Shown here in pieces: positions 30,856 through 41,615 of a DNA stretch of 64,000 nt. The position numbers were made by a program, and so were the translations under genes. Source of the stretch: Syntrophales bacterium. Lineage in GTDB: Bacteria; Desulfobacterota; Syntrophia; Syntrophales; UBA2210. The notes beneath the pieces are model-generated. The model made no database searches. It was not told the origin of the DNA and saw only the letters and a list, made by a program, of their open reading frames with translations. Position 1 is the first letter of the stretch, and the number at the start of each line of letters is the position of its first letter. Location: positions 832,001-896,000 of the forward strand of contig CAXXNF010000002.1 in assembly GCA_963666365.2 (NCBI GenBank). The letters are read 5' to 3'.

Positions 30856-31245
30856 ATGAGCCCGATAGTGGAAAATGAAGATCAAATCAGAGAATTCGAT
30901 GAAAGTTCCAACGAAAATCCCGTCGTTATGCTGAATCTCTTAAAATTCAAGCCCGACGGGGGGATCGACTCCTACGCCCAGTACTCCAAACACGTAGTGC
31001 CTTTTTTGCAGAAATATGGGGCCGAAATGATCTTTCTCGGAAAAGCCAAAGAGTTGCTCCATGGAACCGAACCATGGGATGCCGTGATGCTCGTCCGGTA
31101 CCCCTCCCGCAAAGCCCTTACACAAATGGGGGATGACCTCGGATTTCAGGAAGTTCACACACACCGTGAAGCGGGCCTGGAGCGGGCTGTTCTGCTGGCC
31201 GTAGATGAAATGAGCGTGAAAGACCTGTTTTTCAACAAGAAATAG
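30856..31245 (+). CDS. DUF1330-like protein (paralog)
   Basis: PVVMLNLLKFK, WDAVMLVRYPS, REAGLERAVL. Confidence 0.8.
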   Translation: MSPIVENEDQIREFDESSNENPVVMLNLLKFKPDGGIDSYAQYSKHVVPFLQKYGAEMIFLGKAKELLHGTEPWDAVMLVRYPSRKALTQMGDDLGFQEVHTHREAGLERAVLLAVDEMSVKDLFFNKK

Positions 31246-31731
31246 ACGAAGGAATCCAATCATGGAATAAGGGGGCATGCATCTCAGCATAAACCCTTTC
31301 ATTCCAGTATCCCCGCTTCTGTCAGATTCCAAGGTCGTCTATGGTCTTCCAGAGGATGACCTCGCCGCCGAAAGGATGATCCGACGATTCACCAATAGAA
31401 GGTCAGCCGTTCCGTCACGGCTGCATCGAGATCAGGCGAAAGGCTCTCCGGAAGCGTCACCACTTCCAGGAAGGATTCAACCTTGTAAGCCTGCACGGTA
31501 GGCCACCTGTCCATGTCGCCTGAATAGCTGATGGATTTCTGCGAGAAAACGCGCCTTGCGTTCGAACGTTTTTTTCGGTCAGCGAACACTCACACACATG
31601 ACAGGCATTTCAGTAAAAAGATAAGGAAATAAAACTATTCCTCTTTCGCCTGAATTCATGTATGCTTCGATGCATACTGTCCCATACATTCATTTCCCCC
31701 TGGTGGGCATTGACATGTACACGTTGAATCT

Positions 31732-33204
31732 ATGAAATCTCACAGCCACGCACCACAGGAACCACTGTCAAAAAAAGTTATCCGCGGCGGAATGTGGGTG
31801 TTCGGACTGCGGGGCATTAACCGCGTTCTTGGCCTGATAAGAACCATCATTCTCGCGAGACTGCTGGCACCGTCTGATTTCGGCCTCCTGGGTATCGCGA
31901 TGCTGGCCATCGCTACGTTGGAGACCTTTTCTCAAACGGGATTTAATGCCGCTTTAATACAAAAAAAAGATAATGTTGAATCATATCTGGATACCGCCTG
32001 GACGGTATCAGCGATAAGAGGGATACTGCTTTTCCTAATCCTTTTTCTTACCGCTCCTCTGGTGGTCTCGTTCTTTAATTCACCCCAAGCCATGCTGGTA
32101 ATAAAAGTTATTGCCGTATCTACGCTCCTTTCGGGATTTACAAACATCGGCATCATGTTTTTTCAGAAGGACCTGGAATTTAACAAACAATTCTTTTATG
32201 AGCTTTCGGCAACTTTAGTTGATCTGACGGTTGCCGTCGCTCTGGCATTTATCATTCGAAATGTCTGGGCACTTGTCTGGGGTGGGCTCGCAGCAAATTT
32301 CGTTCGGCTGGTCATGTCGTATATCCTTCACCCATACCGACCTCGCATCCGATTCAACAAAGTTGAATTTAAAGAGCTCTTTGGTTTCGGCAAATGGGTA
32401 ATGGCATCGAGCATCCTGATCTTTCTCATCACCCAGGGAGATGATATTTTTGTCGGCAAAATGCTCGGGGTAACAGCACTGGGCCTCTACCAGATGGCCT
32501 ACCTCATATCCAATATGCCGGCCACTGAAATAAGCCATATCATTTCCCAGGTGACATTTCCCGCCTACTCAAAGATGCAGGGTGATATCCCCAGATTGAA
32601 AGCTGCGTATCTCGATGTACTGAAACTCACGGCCTTTATTTCGATACCTCTGGCAGGGGGAATATTCATTCTGGCTCCGGAATTCACCCTGATATTCCTC
32701 GGGGCAAAATGGATGGCGATGGTGCCTGCAATCCAGATATTGGTTTTGGCGGGATTAGTAAGATCGATCCAGGCTACTACGGGGCCTGTATTTCTGGCTG
32801 CTAACAGACCCAGAATTGAACCCCGGTTACAGACAGTGAGATTAGGGGTGTTGGTTGTTTTGATTTACCCACTCTCCGTCGAGTGGGGGATATTGGGAAC
32901 ATCAGTTGCCTTATTTTTCAGCACTTTCGTATCTGCGGTGGAATTTGTGTTTATGGTCTTAAAGGTGACGAAGTGTGAATTGCGGTCATTTTTAAAAGTT
33001 ATCATTCTGCCGTTGATAAATGTTTTATTTATGATATTGATAATGCTATTTATAAAATTATGCACCCCATTACCCGGCATCTGGCAATTAGCCTTATCCA
33101 TCGGGATTGGAACGATAAGCTATCTTTTTGTAACATATATTTTTGATAGAGTCCTTAATTACGGAATGCAAAGATTAATAAAGGCATACTTCGTGCTACC
33201 CTGA
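31732..33204 (+). CDS. wzx: Wzx-type polysaccharide flippase (WzxC-like)
   Basis: ILARLLAPSDFGL, GFNAALIQ, LGVTALGLYQMAY, many TM segments. Confidence 0.88.
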   Translation: MKSHSHAPQEPLSKKVIRGGMWVFGLRGINRVLGLIRTIILARLLAPSDFGLLGIAMLAIATLETFSQTGFNAALIQKKDNVESYLDTAWTVSAIRGILLFLILFLTAPLVVSFFNSPQAMLVIKVIAVSTLLSGFTNIGIMFFQKDLEFNKQFFYELSATLVDLTVAVALAFIIRNVWALVWGGLAANFVRLVMSYILHPYRPRIRFNKVEFKELFGFGKWVMASSILIFLITQGDDIFVGKMLGVTALGLYQMAYLISNMPATEISHIISQVTFPAYSKMQGDIPRLKAAYLDVLKLTAFISIPLAGGIFILAPEFTLIFLGAKWMAMVPAIQILVLAGLVRSIQATTGPVFLAANRPRIEPRLQTVRLGVLVVLIYPLSVEWGILGTSVALFFSTFVSAVEFVFMVLKVTKCELRSFLKVIILPLINVLFMILIMLFIKLCTPLPGIWQLALSIGIGTISYLFVTYIFDRVLNYGMQRLIKAYFVLP

Positions 33205-33260
33205 CTTTTATTTCAATATTTTTTAATTGCTTCTAAGCGGACGGTGAAAAACGGTTCAAA

Positions 33261-33965
33261 ATGGCAGAAACAGTCTTAGAAAGAATAATAGCAAGATTTT
33301 ATGAGAAGAACAGGGAACTCGAGAAACATTGGAGCAAGGAATATTTTTACCAGTATTGCTATGACGTACTATCGAAAAGAGAGAGTGTATTAGACCTCGG
33401 TTGTGGTAGCGGGAGTTTCCTAAAGCTGGGAGGCATAAATAGAATTACGGGGATTGATGCGAGCTATGAGAGTTTGAAGAAAGCCAGAAAAGTATCCGAT
33501 AGAATCGTGCGAGGAAACATCCTGGAACTACCTTTTTCGGATGCTTCATTTGACGGAATCAATTGTTCTCACGTTATCGAGCATTTTAACCCTGATGATG
33601 CCTATCGGTTGTTATTGGAAATGGACAGAGTTCTGAAAATAGGCGGTATGTTGGTAATCAGTACTCCTGTATTGTGGAGAGGTTTTTTTGATGATTTTAC
33701 TCATGTAAAACCTTACTATCCCGAAGCGATCATGCATTATTACGGCAGAGAAAAATTTCAAACGACGAAAAATACTATCGATTGTGTTTATGAAATCAGG
33801 GAAATCAAATGGCGATATACGAAAGCTCCGCTCAAGGCCCTCCTGCTTCCGGGAGGTGGTATCTTGAATACTTTATCGATGTTACTGACTGAATTTCTCG
33901 GCAATCGCGGGGTTGGTAAATACGTCAGAACCGGGTACACGATGATCTTAAAAAAAATACGATAA
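33261..33965 (+). CDS. class I SAM-dependent methyltransferase
   Basis: VLDLGCGSG, LPFSDASFD, SHVIEH, RVLKIGG. Confidence 0.9.
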   Translation: MAETVLERIIARFYEKNRELEKHWSKEYFYQYCYDVLSKRESVLDLGCGSGSFLKLGGINRITGIDASYESLKKARKVSDRIVRGNILELPFSDASFDGINCSHVIEHFNPDDAYRLLLEMDRVLKIGGMLVISTPVLWRGFFDDFTHVKPYYPEAIMHYYGREKFQTTKNTIDCVYEIREIKWRYTKAPLKALLLPGGGILNTLSMLLTEFLGNRGVGKYVRTGYTMILKKIR

Positions 33966-34040
33966 GAGTGAAATGAGAAGTGCACCTTAACATTGACAGA
34001 ACCGGGAACTCTCCAATAGAATTATTCGGATAGAGAGTTT

Positions 34041-35300
34041 ATGAAAAAAGTACTCTTTGTCTGTCCAAGCTATCCTCCTGAAGGCGGAGGCGGCACCACA
34101 AGAGTTTTGAAATTCAGCAAATATCTTATTGATTACGGTTGGCAGTCCGTCATCGTAACCATGCAATCCAACGCCTCCGGAGTGTATGCCCCTTATTTGC
34201 TGGAAGAAGTCCCCGATGTTACCGAGGTGCATCATGTTGTTCCCGTGCGTGGGAACGTTACTTCTTCCTCAAATGTTGGGTCCTTTTCAAAGCGCTTCCT
34301 GACGGCGGTATTTAACCGGTTTATCTCGCCGTTTCTTGTCCCGGACAGGTATGTGGTAAGATTGCCTAAAGTCGTGATCAGCGCCGTAAATCTGATAAGA
34401 CGGAACAAGATACGAGTGTTTATCAGTTCATCTCCTTGCCATTCCATTCAGTTAGCCGGATATCTTATAAAAAAGATTACCGGGAAGGCCTGGGTGTTGG
34501 ATTTCCGGGACGGATGGATTGAGAATGTATTTATGAGGCCAAAGAATAAGGCAAAGTGTAAAATAGAGTATCTTCTCGAAGAACTATGCCTGCGAACCAG
34601 CGACAAGATTATTGTTACAACCGAGGAGCACAAAGAAAAGCTTCAACTCCTTTTCGGCGGTATTCCGACGCACAAGATTATGGTTATCACCAATGGGTAT
34701 GATGAGGAGGAATTCAGCGATATCTCCGAAAAGCAGAGAGACAAATTCTTAATGAGCTATATGGGGTCGATAGGATACAAGCGTATGCCAACGTTTTTCC
34801 TGGAATCTCTGATGGTGGCAATGCATGAAGATCCCCGCATTAAAAATGATCTGATCGTGAATTTCTATGGAGCGTCGTCTCACAGGGCAAAGGAGGAGGT
34901 GCTTCGATTGGGCCTGGAAGGAGTAGTACATCTGAATGATCAGGCGGAAAGAAAGAAAAGTATGAGCACGATGGTTAATTCCGACATACTGTTGGATTTT
35001 ATAACGGCAGACCGGGGGGCGGATCATATAGTCTCCGGCAAGTTGTTTGAATATCTCAGGGCGGGGAAAGTGATACTTGCATTCTGTGATGAAGGTCCGG
35101 AAGCGAGATTGATACGGAAGATGAATTCAGGTGTTGTCGTTACGACAAGGAATGTGGCTTCAGCCACGAGAATAATTTTAAAGTTATATAATGAATGGAA
35201 GCTTGGGGAATTACGTGTGGGCAGTAATACATCGGTAGTCGGACAATTTGAGAGAAAGGTATTAACCAAAAAACTGGCCGGCCTGCTGGATAGCCTTTAA
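34041..35300 (+). CDS. GT4-family glycosyltransferase
   Basis: YPPEGGGG, DFRDGW, ITNGYD, SGKLFEYLRAGK. Confidence 0.85.
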   Translation: MKKVLFVCPSYPPEGGGGTTRVLKFSKYLIDYGWQSVIVTMQSNASGVYAPYLLEEVPDVTEVHHVVPVRGNVTSSSNVGSFSKRFLTAVFNRFISPFLVPDRYVVRLPKVVISAVNLIRRNKIRVFISSSPCHSIQLAGYLIKKITGKAWVLDFRDGWIENVFMRPKNKAKCKIEYLLEELCLRTSDKIIVTTEEHKEKLQLLFGGIPTHKIMVITNGYDEEEFSDISEKQRDKFLMSYMGSIGYKRMPTFFLESLMVAMHEDPRIKNDLIVNFYGASSHRAKEEVLRLGLEGVVHLNDQAERKKSMSTMVNSDILLDFITADRGADHIVSGKLFEYLRAGKVILAFCDEGPEARLIRKMNSGVVVTTRNVASATRIILKLYNEWKLGELRVGSNTSVVGQFERKVLTKKLAGLLDSL

Positions 35301-35315
35301 GATATTGAGAAAAAC

Positions 35316-36260
35316 ATGGTCGATGTTTCCGTTGTCATTGTCAGCTGGAATGTGAAGAATCTGCTCAGAAACTGTCTGATCTCTCTTTACAGGGAGACAG
35401 AACGATTGTCTCTGGAGGTTTTTGTCGTGGATAATGCCTCATCAGACGGTTCGGCCGATATGATCCGGAAAGAATTTCCCCGCGTTAAACTGCTCGAGAA
35501 TAAGGAAAATGTGGGATTCAGCGGAGCAAACAATCAGGCGATGAGAATCAGTCAAGGCAGATACATCCTGTTATTGAATCCGGACACCGTTATCTTGGAC
35601 GGCGCTATAGAGACATTATACTCATTTATCGAGCAAAACCAAAATGTTGTGGCTGTCGGTCCAATGCTCCTGAATAGTGACGGAGGGACGATTCAATACG
35701 AGTGTGCCAGGAAAATGCTCACGCTATGGAACGAATTCTGTCTGCAGAGCGAGTTGAATCTCCACTTTAAGAGAAGCAGATTGTTTTCCTATATCAACAT
35801 GGATTATTGGGATCACAGAGATTCCAGACAGGTAGACCTGTTGAGCGGTGCCTGCATTCTGTGCCGGTACGGTGATCTCAATGAGATAGGACTGCTGGAT
35901 GAAAATTACTTTTTGTATGCCGACGACGTGGATCTCTGTTACAGGATCGGACAAAGAGGGATCATATACTATTTGGCAGATGCACAGATTATTCATTATG
36001 GCGGCGAAAGTAGCAAACAGGTGAATGAAGATTTATGGCTGGTGAGGGCTGAAAGCACGCGCCTGTTTTTTATGAAGAATAAGGGACGGTTGCAAGGCGT
36101 ATGCTATAAACCGCTAGTCGTGGTTGCCCAACTTGTCAGGATGGCCCTTATTCTGATCGCGTTTGTCTGGAAGCCGTCATCTCCGTTAAAGCAGAGGATT
36201 CTTCACTGCTGGAGACTGGTCCTGTGGGGGACAAGCTTAAAGAGATTGGCGGGCGTATAG
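35316..36260 (+). CDS. GT2-family glycosyltransferase
   Basis: VSVVIVSWN, VVDNASSDGS, NVGFSGANN, LLNPD, DENYFLYADDVD. Confidence 0.92.
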   Translation: MVDVSVVIVSWNVKNLLRNCLISLYRETERLSLEVFVVDNASSDGSADMIRKEFPRVKLLENKENVGFSGANNQAMRISQGRYILLLNPDTVILDGAIETLYSFIEQNQNVVAVGPMLLNSDGGTIQYECARKMLTLWNEFCLQSELNLHFKRSRLFSYINMDYWDHRDSRQVDLLSGACILCRYGDLNEIGLLDENYFLYADDVDLCYRIGQRGIIYYLADAQIIHYGGESSKQVNEDLWLVRAESTRLFFMKNKGRLQGVCYKPLVVVAQLVRMALILIAFVWKPSSPLKQRILHCWRLVLWGTSLKRLAGV

Positions 36261-36333
36261 GCCGGTTTCGTTCCGGAATTTCAAGATATTCAGTTATCAT
36301 TTTTATGTCGTAGATGGACATGGTTGCAGACAA

Positions 36334-37560
36334 ATGAATATATGTTGTTTTTCCCGAGTCAACTACTGGCAGGGCATGCATGGCGGCATGGATGTCCATG
36401 GAAAGCTGCTGGCGCAGGGGTTGGCCGCTCGCGACCATCGTGTCGTTTTGTTATCGACCCGTCACCCGATCGGCAAAACCCGCGAAATAATTGATGGCGT
36501 AGAGATTTTTTATCTGCAAGACACCGTATTCGGGTCACGCCGCCGTGGCTGGCCGCAGGAAAGTGTCCGCGCATTCCGGACCATACACCGGCAAACCCCT
36601 TTCGATCTGGTCTGGAGTCAGAGCTTTGACGCTTCTGGTGTGATTCCTCTTCGCCGAAGAATGGATTCTCCGCCGCTCGTTCTCACACTTCACGGAAGTG
36701 TGGTGCAGGAGTTCTGGTCGGTTCGTGAGAATATGAAAAGCCTGGTGAAAAAGCCACCAGAACTGGCAAAGGCGCTGGCGGGATTGTTGTATTCCTATGC
36801 CGTAACTCAGCGGCCGCTGTTGCACTGCTCGGATGCAATGATTGCTGCGAGTTCGGTGGTGGTCCACGACATTGTCCGGTGGTTCGGAAAAGGGTTGTCG
36901 TCCAAATTCACCGTGGTGAACAATGGGGTCGATACCGGTCGATTCAAACCTGACGAAGAATTGCGTCAAAGGATCCGTGGCACTTATGGCGTAGGGGAAA
37001 ACGAATGCTTGGTGCTCAGTCTGGGGCGGATTACCGCGGCCAAGGGATATGAACTGGCGGTCGAATCCCTGCGCATACTTTTGCGAAACGGTGCGCGCGT
37101 GAGGCTGATGATAGCCGGTGACGGGCCGTTGCTCGATCAACTGAAACGATCCGTTCGTGAAAAAGGGATTGAAGACCACGTTATCTTCACCGGATTTGTT
37201 GAAAATGATCGGACCACCGGTCTTTATAATGCAGCAGATGTTTTCGTCATGCCGACACTCACCATTGAGGGTCTGCCGTTTGTCTTGCTGGAAGCCATGG
37301 CATGCGAAAAACCGGTCATCGCCTCCCGCCGGGGTGGCAACATGACGTTGATCAATGACCGTGAAAACGGGTTGTTCGTGGAACCCGGAGACATCGGTGA
37401 TCTGGTTGAAAAAATTGAAATCCTTATGAAAGACAGGGAACTGGCCGCGCGGTTAGCCGCCACCGCAAGGAAATTCATTCTCCGGGATTACAGTTTGGAG
37501 CAAATGATAAACCGATCCGCCGATATAATGGAAACGATTGCCGAACAGTGTCAGGTATAA
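36334..37560 (+). CDS. GT4-family glycosyltransferase
   Basis: NGVDTGRF, GRITAAKG, EGLPFVLLEAMACEKPV. Confidence 0.92.
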   Translation: MNICCFSRVNYWQGMHGGMDVHGKLLAQGLAARDHRVVLLSTRHPIGKTREIIDGVEIFYLQDTVFGSRRRGWPQESVRAFRTIHRQTPFDLVWSQSFDASGVIPLRRRMDSPPLVLTLHGSVVQEFWSVRENMKSLVKKPPELAKALAGLLYSYAVTQRPLLHCSDAMIAASSVVVHDIVRWFGKGLSSKFTVVNNGVDTGRFKPDEELRQRIRGTYGVGENECLVLSLGRITAAKGYELAVESLRILLRNGARVRLMIAGDGPLLDQLKRSVREKGIEDHVIFTGFVENDRTTGLYNAADVFVMPTLTIEGLPFVLLEAMACEKPVIASRRGGNMTLINDRENGLFVEPGDIGDLVEKIEILMKDRELAARLAATARKFILRDYSLEQMINRSADIMETIAEQCQV

Positions 37561-37561
37561 C

Positions 37562-38686
37562 ATGAACCGGGAAAAACTGAGAATACTGTATATCGCCGAT
37601 TCCACAAGCATCCACACGAAGCGATGGGTGGGATATTTTCGTGATGCCGGACATGACATATCGATTATCACGCTGGGAAAGAAGAGGGAACCCATCCCGG
37701 GCATAAGGCACCTTGCCAACTTCGATGCGTTTTATTACGGGTCTCCCTCCTTCATGCCGGTACTGCTTCAGACCCGCCGTATAATCCGGCGCGAGAATCC
37801 CGATATCGTCCACGGTCATTTTGTACACCAATACGGGTGGCTTGCCGCCTTATCTGGCCGCTGCCCGCTGGTTATTACCGCTTGGGGCACGGATATTCTG
37901 AGTCTCCCGGGATCGTCACGCATTAGGATAGGCAAGTTCTTAACAAAGTACACACTCAAAAAAGCGGATCTTCTGACGGGCACCTCTCATCATTTAAAAC
38001 GCGAGATGATCAGATTGGGAGCGCATGCCGATCGCACTCATGTCATTTTTTGGGGCGTCGACGTTGATCGTTTCAAGCCGGATGTCGATACCGCCGCTTT
38101 GAGGGAAAAATTGGGAATAGAACCGGATCAAGCGGTGATACTGAGCAATCGGAATCAGAGCTCACTGTACAACAACGATATCGTTGTTACAGCCATGTTT
38201 CATGTGCTGGGGAACTTTCCAAGGGCCGTCCTGGTTCTCCAGAACTCGGGGGGCGACTTGGAACCGCAACTCAAATCGCTGGTCCGTACATTAGGCATGG
38301 CGGATTCCGTCCGTTTTTTACCGCAGTTTGAGCATAGTAAACTGCCGGAGTTGTATGCCATGGCCGATATTTATGTGTCCGTGCCTTCATGGGATGCAGG
38401 GCCTGTTTCTCTCAAAGAATCAATGATATGCGGCGCGGTTCCCGTTATAAGTGATCTTCCCGGACCCCGTGAATGGGTTACCGATGAAATCAACGGCAGG
38501 GTCGTGCCTGTACGTGACACAGAAAAACTGGCGGGCGCCATAAAAGACTTGCTCTCGGACGAAATAAATCGTGCTCGCTTTTCTTCTGAAAACACTCGCC
38601 TGATAAGAGAGAACGCTTCGCATGACGATCAAATGAGAAAGATGGAATCGCTTTATCAGGAGATTGCAGAATATCGAAGGAGATAG
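37562..38686 (+). CDS. GT4-family glycosyltransferase
   Basis: SIHTKRW, TAWGTDI, WGVD, DAGPVSLKESMICG. Confidence 0.88.
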   Translation: MNREKLRILYIADSTSIHTKRWVGYFRDAGHDISIITLGKKREPIPGIRHLANFDAFYYGSPSFMPVLLQTRRIIRRENPDIVHGHFVHQYGWLAALSGRCPLVITAWGTDILSLPGSSRIRIGKFLTKYTLKKADLLTGTSHHLKREMIRLGAHADRTHVIFWGVDVDRFKPDVDTAALREKLGIEPDQAVILSNRNQSSLYNNDIVVTAMFHVLGNFPRAVLVLQNSGGDLEPQLKSLVRTLGMADSVRFLPQFEHSKLPELYAMADIYVSVPSWDAGPVSLKESMICGAVPVISDLPGPREWVTDEINGRVVPVRDTEKLAGAIKDLLSDEINRARFSSENTRLIRENASHDDQMRKMESLYQEIAEYRRR

Positions 38687-38767
38687 ACCTTTACTGTTCC
38701 GGGAAGCACCGTATTATGCAAAGAAAAGCCGAATCGATGCTTGCAGGTACTGACACGGGAACAACCT

Positions 38768-39961
38768 ATGAAAGGAAACAGAATTTTCATTTTTGCCTAC
38801 TGGCATGACACGAGATGGAAGAAGTTTGTCGGTGCAACGGTTAAAGCGTGGGACCTCGCACTCAATATGGCGAGGCTTCGTCAAGATGTTGTCTTATTTC
38901 TTCCCAAATACGGTTTTCCGGCCGACAATGACTCTTTTCAATTGGTCCAGGTGCCGGTACTCAATTTTCCGCTTTTGCGTTCCTTATCCTTCAATCTCTT
39001 TTTAATAATGTTTCTTGTCCGTTATTGCAGGAGATGTAAACCCGATGTCGTTTATATCCGCAGGGGCATTTCGATCGTTCCGGCTCTGTTCGCCAGGCTC
39101 AAGAAAGCAGTATTGATTTACGAGGTCAATGACGATCCCTATCCCGATAACAGGGAAAAAACAACCGGTTTCGTTTCCCGCTTTTCTTGGCGGATTGCCG
39201 TGAAGACCGACGAAATAGTCCTTTCGCTGTGCGATGCCGCCTTTATCATCACAAAAGAGATTAAAAACAAGTTGATCCGGCATTTGCCTGAAATCAATCC
39301 GGGGAAACTTCACATTCTGCCTAGCGGCACTAACACGGAACTCTATCGCCCATTGAATAAAATGGAGTGCCGTCGCGTAACTGGGCTCGATCCCGAAGCA
39401 AGATACATAGGATTTATGGGAACGCTCCTGGATCACCAGGGAGTTGATGTTCTGATCGATGCCGCACCATCCGTTATTCAATCCATCCCTTCCGCTGTTT
39501 TTGTCGTGATCGGGGAGGGTCCCATGAAGGAGCAGTGGCGGAAAAGAGTTTGTGACCTGTCTCTTCAGAACAATTTTTTGTTTACCGGTGAAGTCGACTA
39601 CGAACAAACCCCCTTATGGATAAATGCCATGGATGTTTGCACGGCACCATTCCTACTTCAGGCAGGATTGCGGTCTCCCGTCAAGATTTTCGATTACCTG
39701 GCCTGCGGCAGGCCGGTTGTTGCGTCGAGAGTTCCGGGCACGACGGACATCTTCGACGGTTCCGGTGCCGTTAGGCTCGTGGAACCTGAAAACATAGAGA
39801 CTTTCGTTGAAGCTGTCACCTTTTTCCTGCTGAATGGCAGGGTATCGGAGGCGGCAGGAATGGAAGGAAGAAAGCTGGTCGAAACCCATTACGACCGAAA
39901 GAACCTGGCCGGTCGAATAAAAAAAGAGGCCATTAGATTACTGAAGGCCAAAGAGCGTTGA
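38768..39961 (+). CDS. GT4-family glycosyltransferase
   Basis: YEVND, QGVDVLI, SPVKIFDYLACGRPVV. Confidence 0.88.
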   Translation: MKGNRIFIFAYWHDTRWKKFVGATVKAWDLALNMARLRQDVVLFLPKYGFPADNDSFQLVQVPVLNFPLLRSLSFNLFLIMFLVRYCRRCKPDVVYIRRGISIVPALFARLKKAVLIYEVNDDPYPDNREKTTGFVSRFSWRIAVKTDEIVLSLCDAAFIITKEIKNKLIRHLPEINPGKLHILPSGTNTELYRPLNKMECRRVTGLDPEARYIGFMGTLLDHQGVDVLIDAAPSVIQSIPSAVFVVIGEGPMKEQWRKRVCDLSLQNNFLFTGEVDYEQTPLWINAMDVCTAPFLLQAGLRSPVKIFDYLACGRPVVASRVPGTTDIFDGSGAVRLVEPENIETFVEAVTFFLLNGRVSEAAGMEGRKLVETHYDRKNLAGRIKKEAIRLLKAKER

Positions 39962-39991
39962 ACGTGATTTATTCCCGGGATATCGACGTTT

Positions 39992-41119
39992 ATGAAAAAA
40001 TCTTCTGAAATACGTGTGTTACACCTGATTGATTCCTCCGGCGTCGCCGGCGGAGAGCGCTATCTGTTCGACCTGATAAGGCATTCCGATCCTCTATTTG
40101 ATCATCACATTATTTTATCAACTGACGGTCCATTTGTCGGGATGCTGAAGGAGCATAACTGCCGATATACGTTGATCGATATGGAACCCAAATTTTCAGT
40201 CGATTCAATCCGGAGAATCAGAAAATACATTCGTGAGAATAAAATAGAAATCGTGCATACCCATAGCTACCGTTGTAATCTCTACGGCCGGTTGGCCTGT
40301 TTGTTTATGGGGGTTGTGAATCTAGCCACGGCACACGTTTCTCTTTACGATTATCTGGATACACCTCCTTTGGTGAGGCGCATTTATCTGATTGTCGAAA
40401 GAATCACATCTCTCATGGCTTCAAAATATATCTGCATATCCGCGGCAATGAGGGATGATCTTCGAAGAATGGGCATCAGCGATGAAAAACTGGTTGTCAT
40501 TCACAATGGAGTGGATCTTGATGCGTTTTACCCTCGCGCTCTCGACACAGTTCTTTTCGATGAACTGGGTATAGGCGACAATCGCCCCGTCATTGGAACA
40601 GTCGGACGAATGGTGACTGAGAAGGGACAGGTTCATCTGATTGATGCGTTACGACGTCTCGGCGCTCGATGGCCGCGTTTACGATGTCTCTTCATCGGTA
40701 CGGGGCCGCTTCTGGAGGAATTAAAAAAATATGCGAAAACATCGGGGCTCGCCGAAACCTGCATTTTCCCCGGCGTCCGCGCGGATATAGCCAATATTTA
40801 TTCTCTCATGGATATATTCGTCCTTCCCTCGATTCGAGAACCTTTCGGATTGGTGCTTCTGGAGGCAATGGCTTCCCGTGTGCCCATCATCGCCACGGCG
40901 TCCGGGGGTCCGCTGGAATTTATCAGGCCTTATTACAACGGTATACTTGTTTCTCCAGCAAATCCGGGAGAATTATCCTCCCAGATTGAATTTCTCCTGT
41001 CGCAACCCGTGCAATCCTCAGAAATGGCACAGCGCGGATATGAATCAGTCAAAGAAAAATACGGCATAAAGAATACCGTCAGTCAAGTATGTGACGTTTA
41101 TCTTTCATTTTTTAAGTAA
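39992..41119 (+). CDS. GT4-family glycosyltransferase
   Basis: GGERY, IHNGVD, GRMVTEKG, EPFGLVLLEAMA. Confidence 0.92.
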   Translation: MKKSSEIRVLHLIDSSGVAGGERYLFDLIRHSDPLFDHHIILSTDGPFVGMLKEHNCRYTLIDMEPKFSVDSIRRIRKYIRENKIEIVHTHSYRCNLYGRLACLFMGVVNLATAHVSLYDYLDTPPLVRRIYLIVERITSLMASKYICISAAMRDDLRRMGISDEKLVVIHNGVDLDAFYPRALDTVLFDELGIGDNRPVIGTVGRMVTEKGQVHLIDALRRLGARWPRLRCLFIGTGPLLEELKKYAKTSGLAETCIFPGVRADIANIYSLMDIFVLPSIREPFGLVLLEAMASRVPIIATASGGPLEFIRPYYNGILVSPANPGELSSQIEFLLSQPVQSSEMAQRGYESVKEKYGIKNTVSQVCDVYLSFFK

Positions 41120-41324
41120 AAAAGTTATTCTTGGAATACCTTTTATACTATGCTAATGCTTATGCTACACTTTTTGAGAATTGAGTTTTTTTGAAATTGC
41201 TGTAGTTTTAGTCTTGTTGCACAATTATTTGAAATGTTATGTGAATTTACATAGATCTTTTCGGTGGATAATTCTTATCGAGTCTTCTCTTCAAGTAATC
41301 GTAACAAATAAGCATTGTTCGATC

Positions 41325-41615
41325 ATGAAACAAAAGCGTAGACACAAAAAAATAAAGAGATCGAAACATCCTTTAAAAAACGAATGGAAGCAATTTCTTT
41401 TTGTTTTCGTCATATGCCTTGTAGTTGGTATTGCGTTTGCGTTTCTTACCGGCAAGATGCCGTCATTCCTTGACAGAACCATTCAAAAATACACAGATCG
41501 AATAGCGGCTGAACAAATCAAAGGATTCGAAAAAAAAGTGTTAAAAGAGGTAACAGGCGATAATCTTGATGTTGTCAAAAAGTACAAAGATGCGAAGACT
41601 GCCATTGACAACTAA
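41325..41615 (+). CDS. small single-TM hypothetical protein
   Basis: Basic N-terminus MKQKRRHKK, one TM, charged helical tail; stop overlaps that of the convergent gene. Confidence 0.55.
   Translation: MKQKRRHKKIKRSKHPLKNEWKQFLFVFVICLVVGIAFAFLTGKMPSFLDRTIQKYTDRIAAEQIKGFEKKVLKEVTGDNLDVVKKYKDAKTAIDN

Noticed and set aside
31277..31589. Short ORFs or a possible gene remnant before wzx
   Set aside because: No RBS or motif that I can support on either strand.
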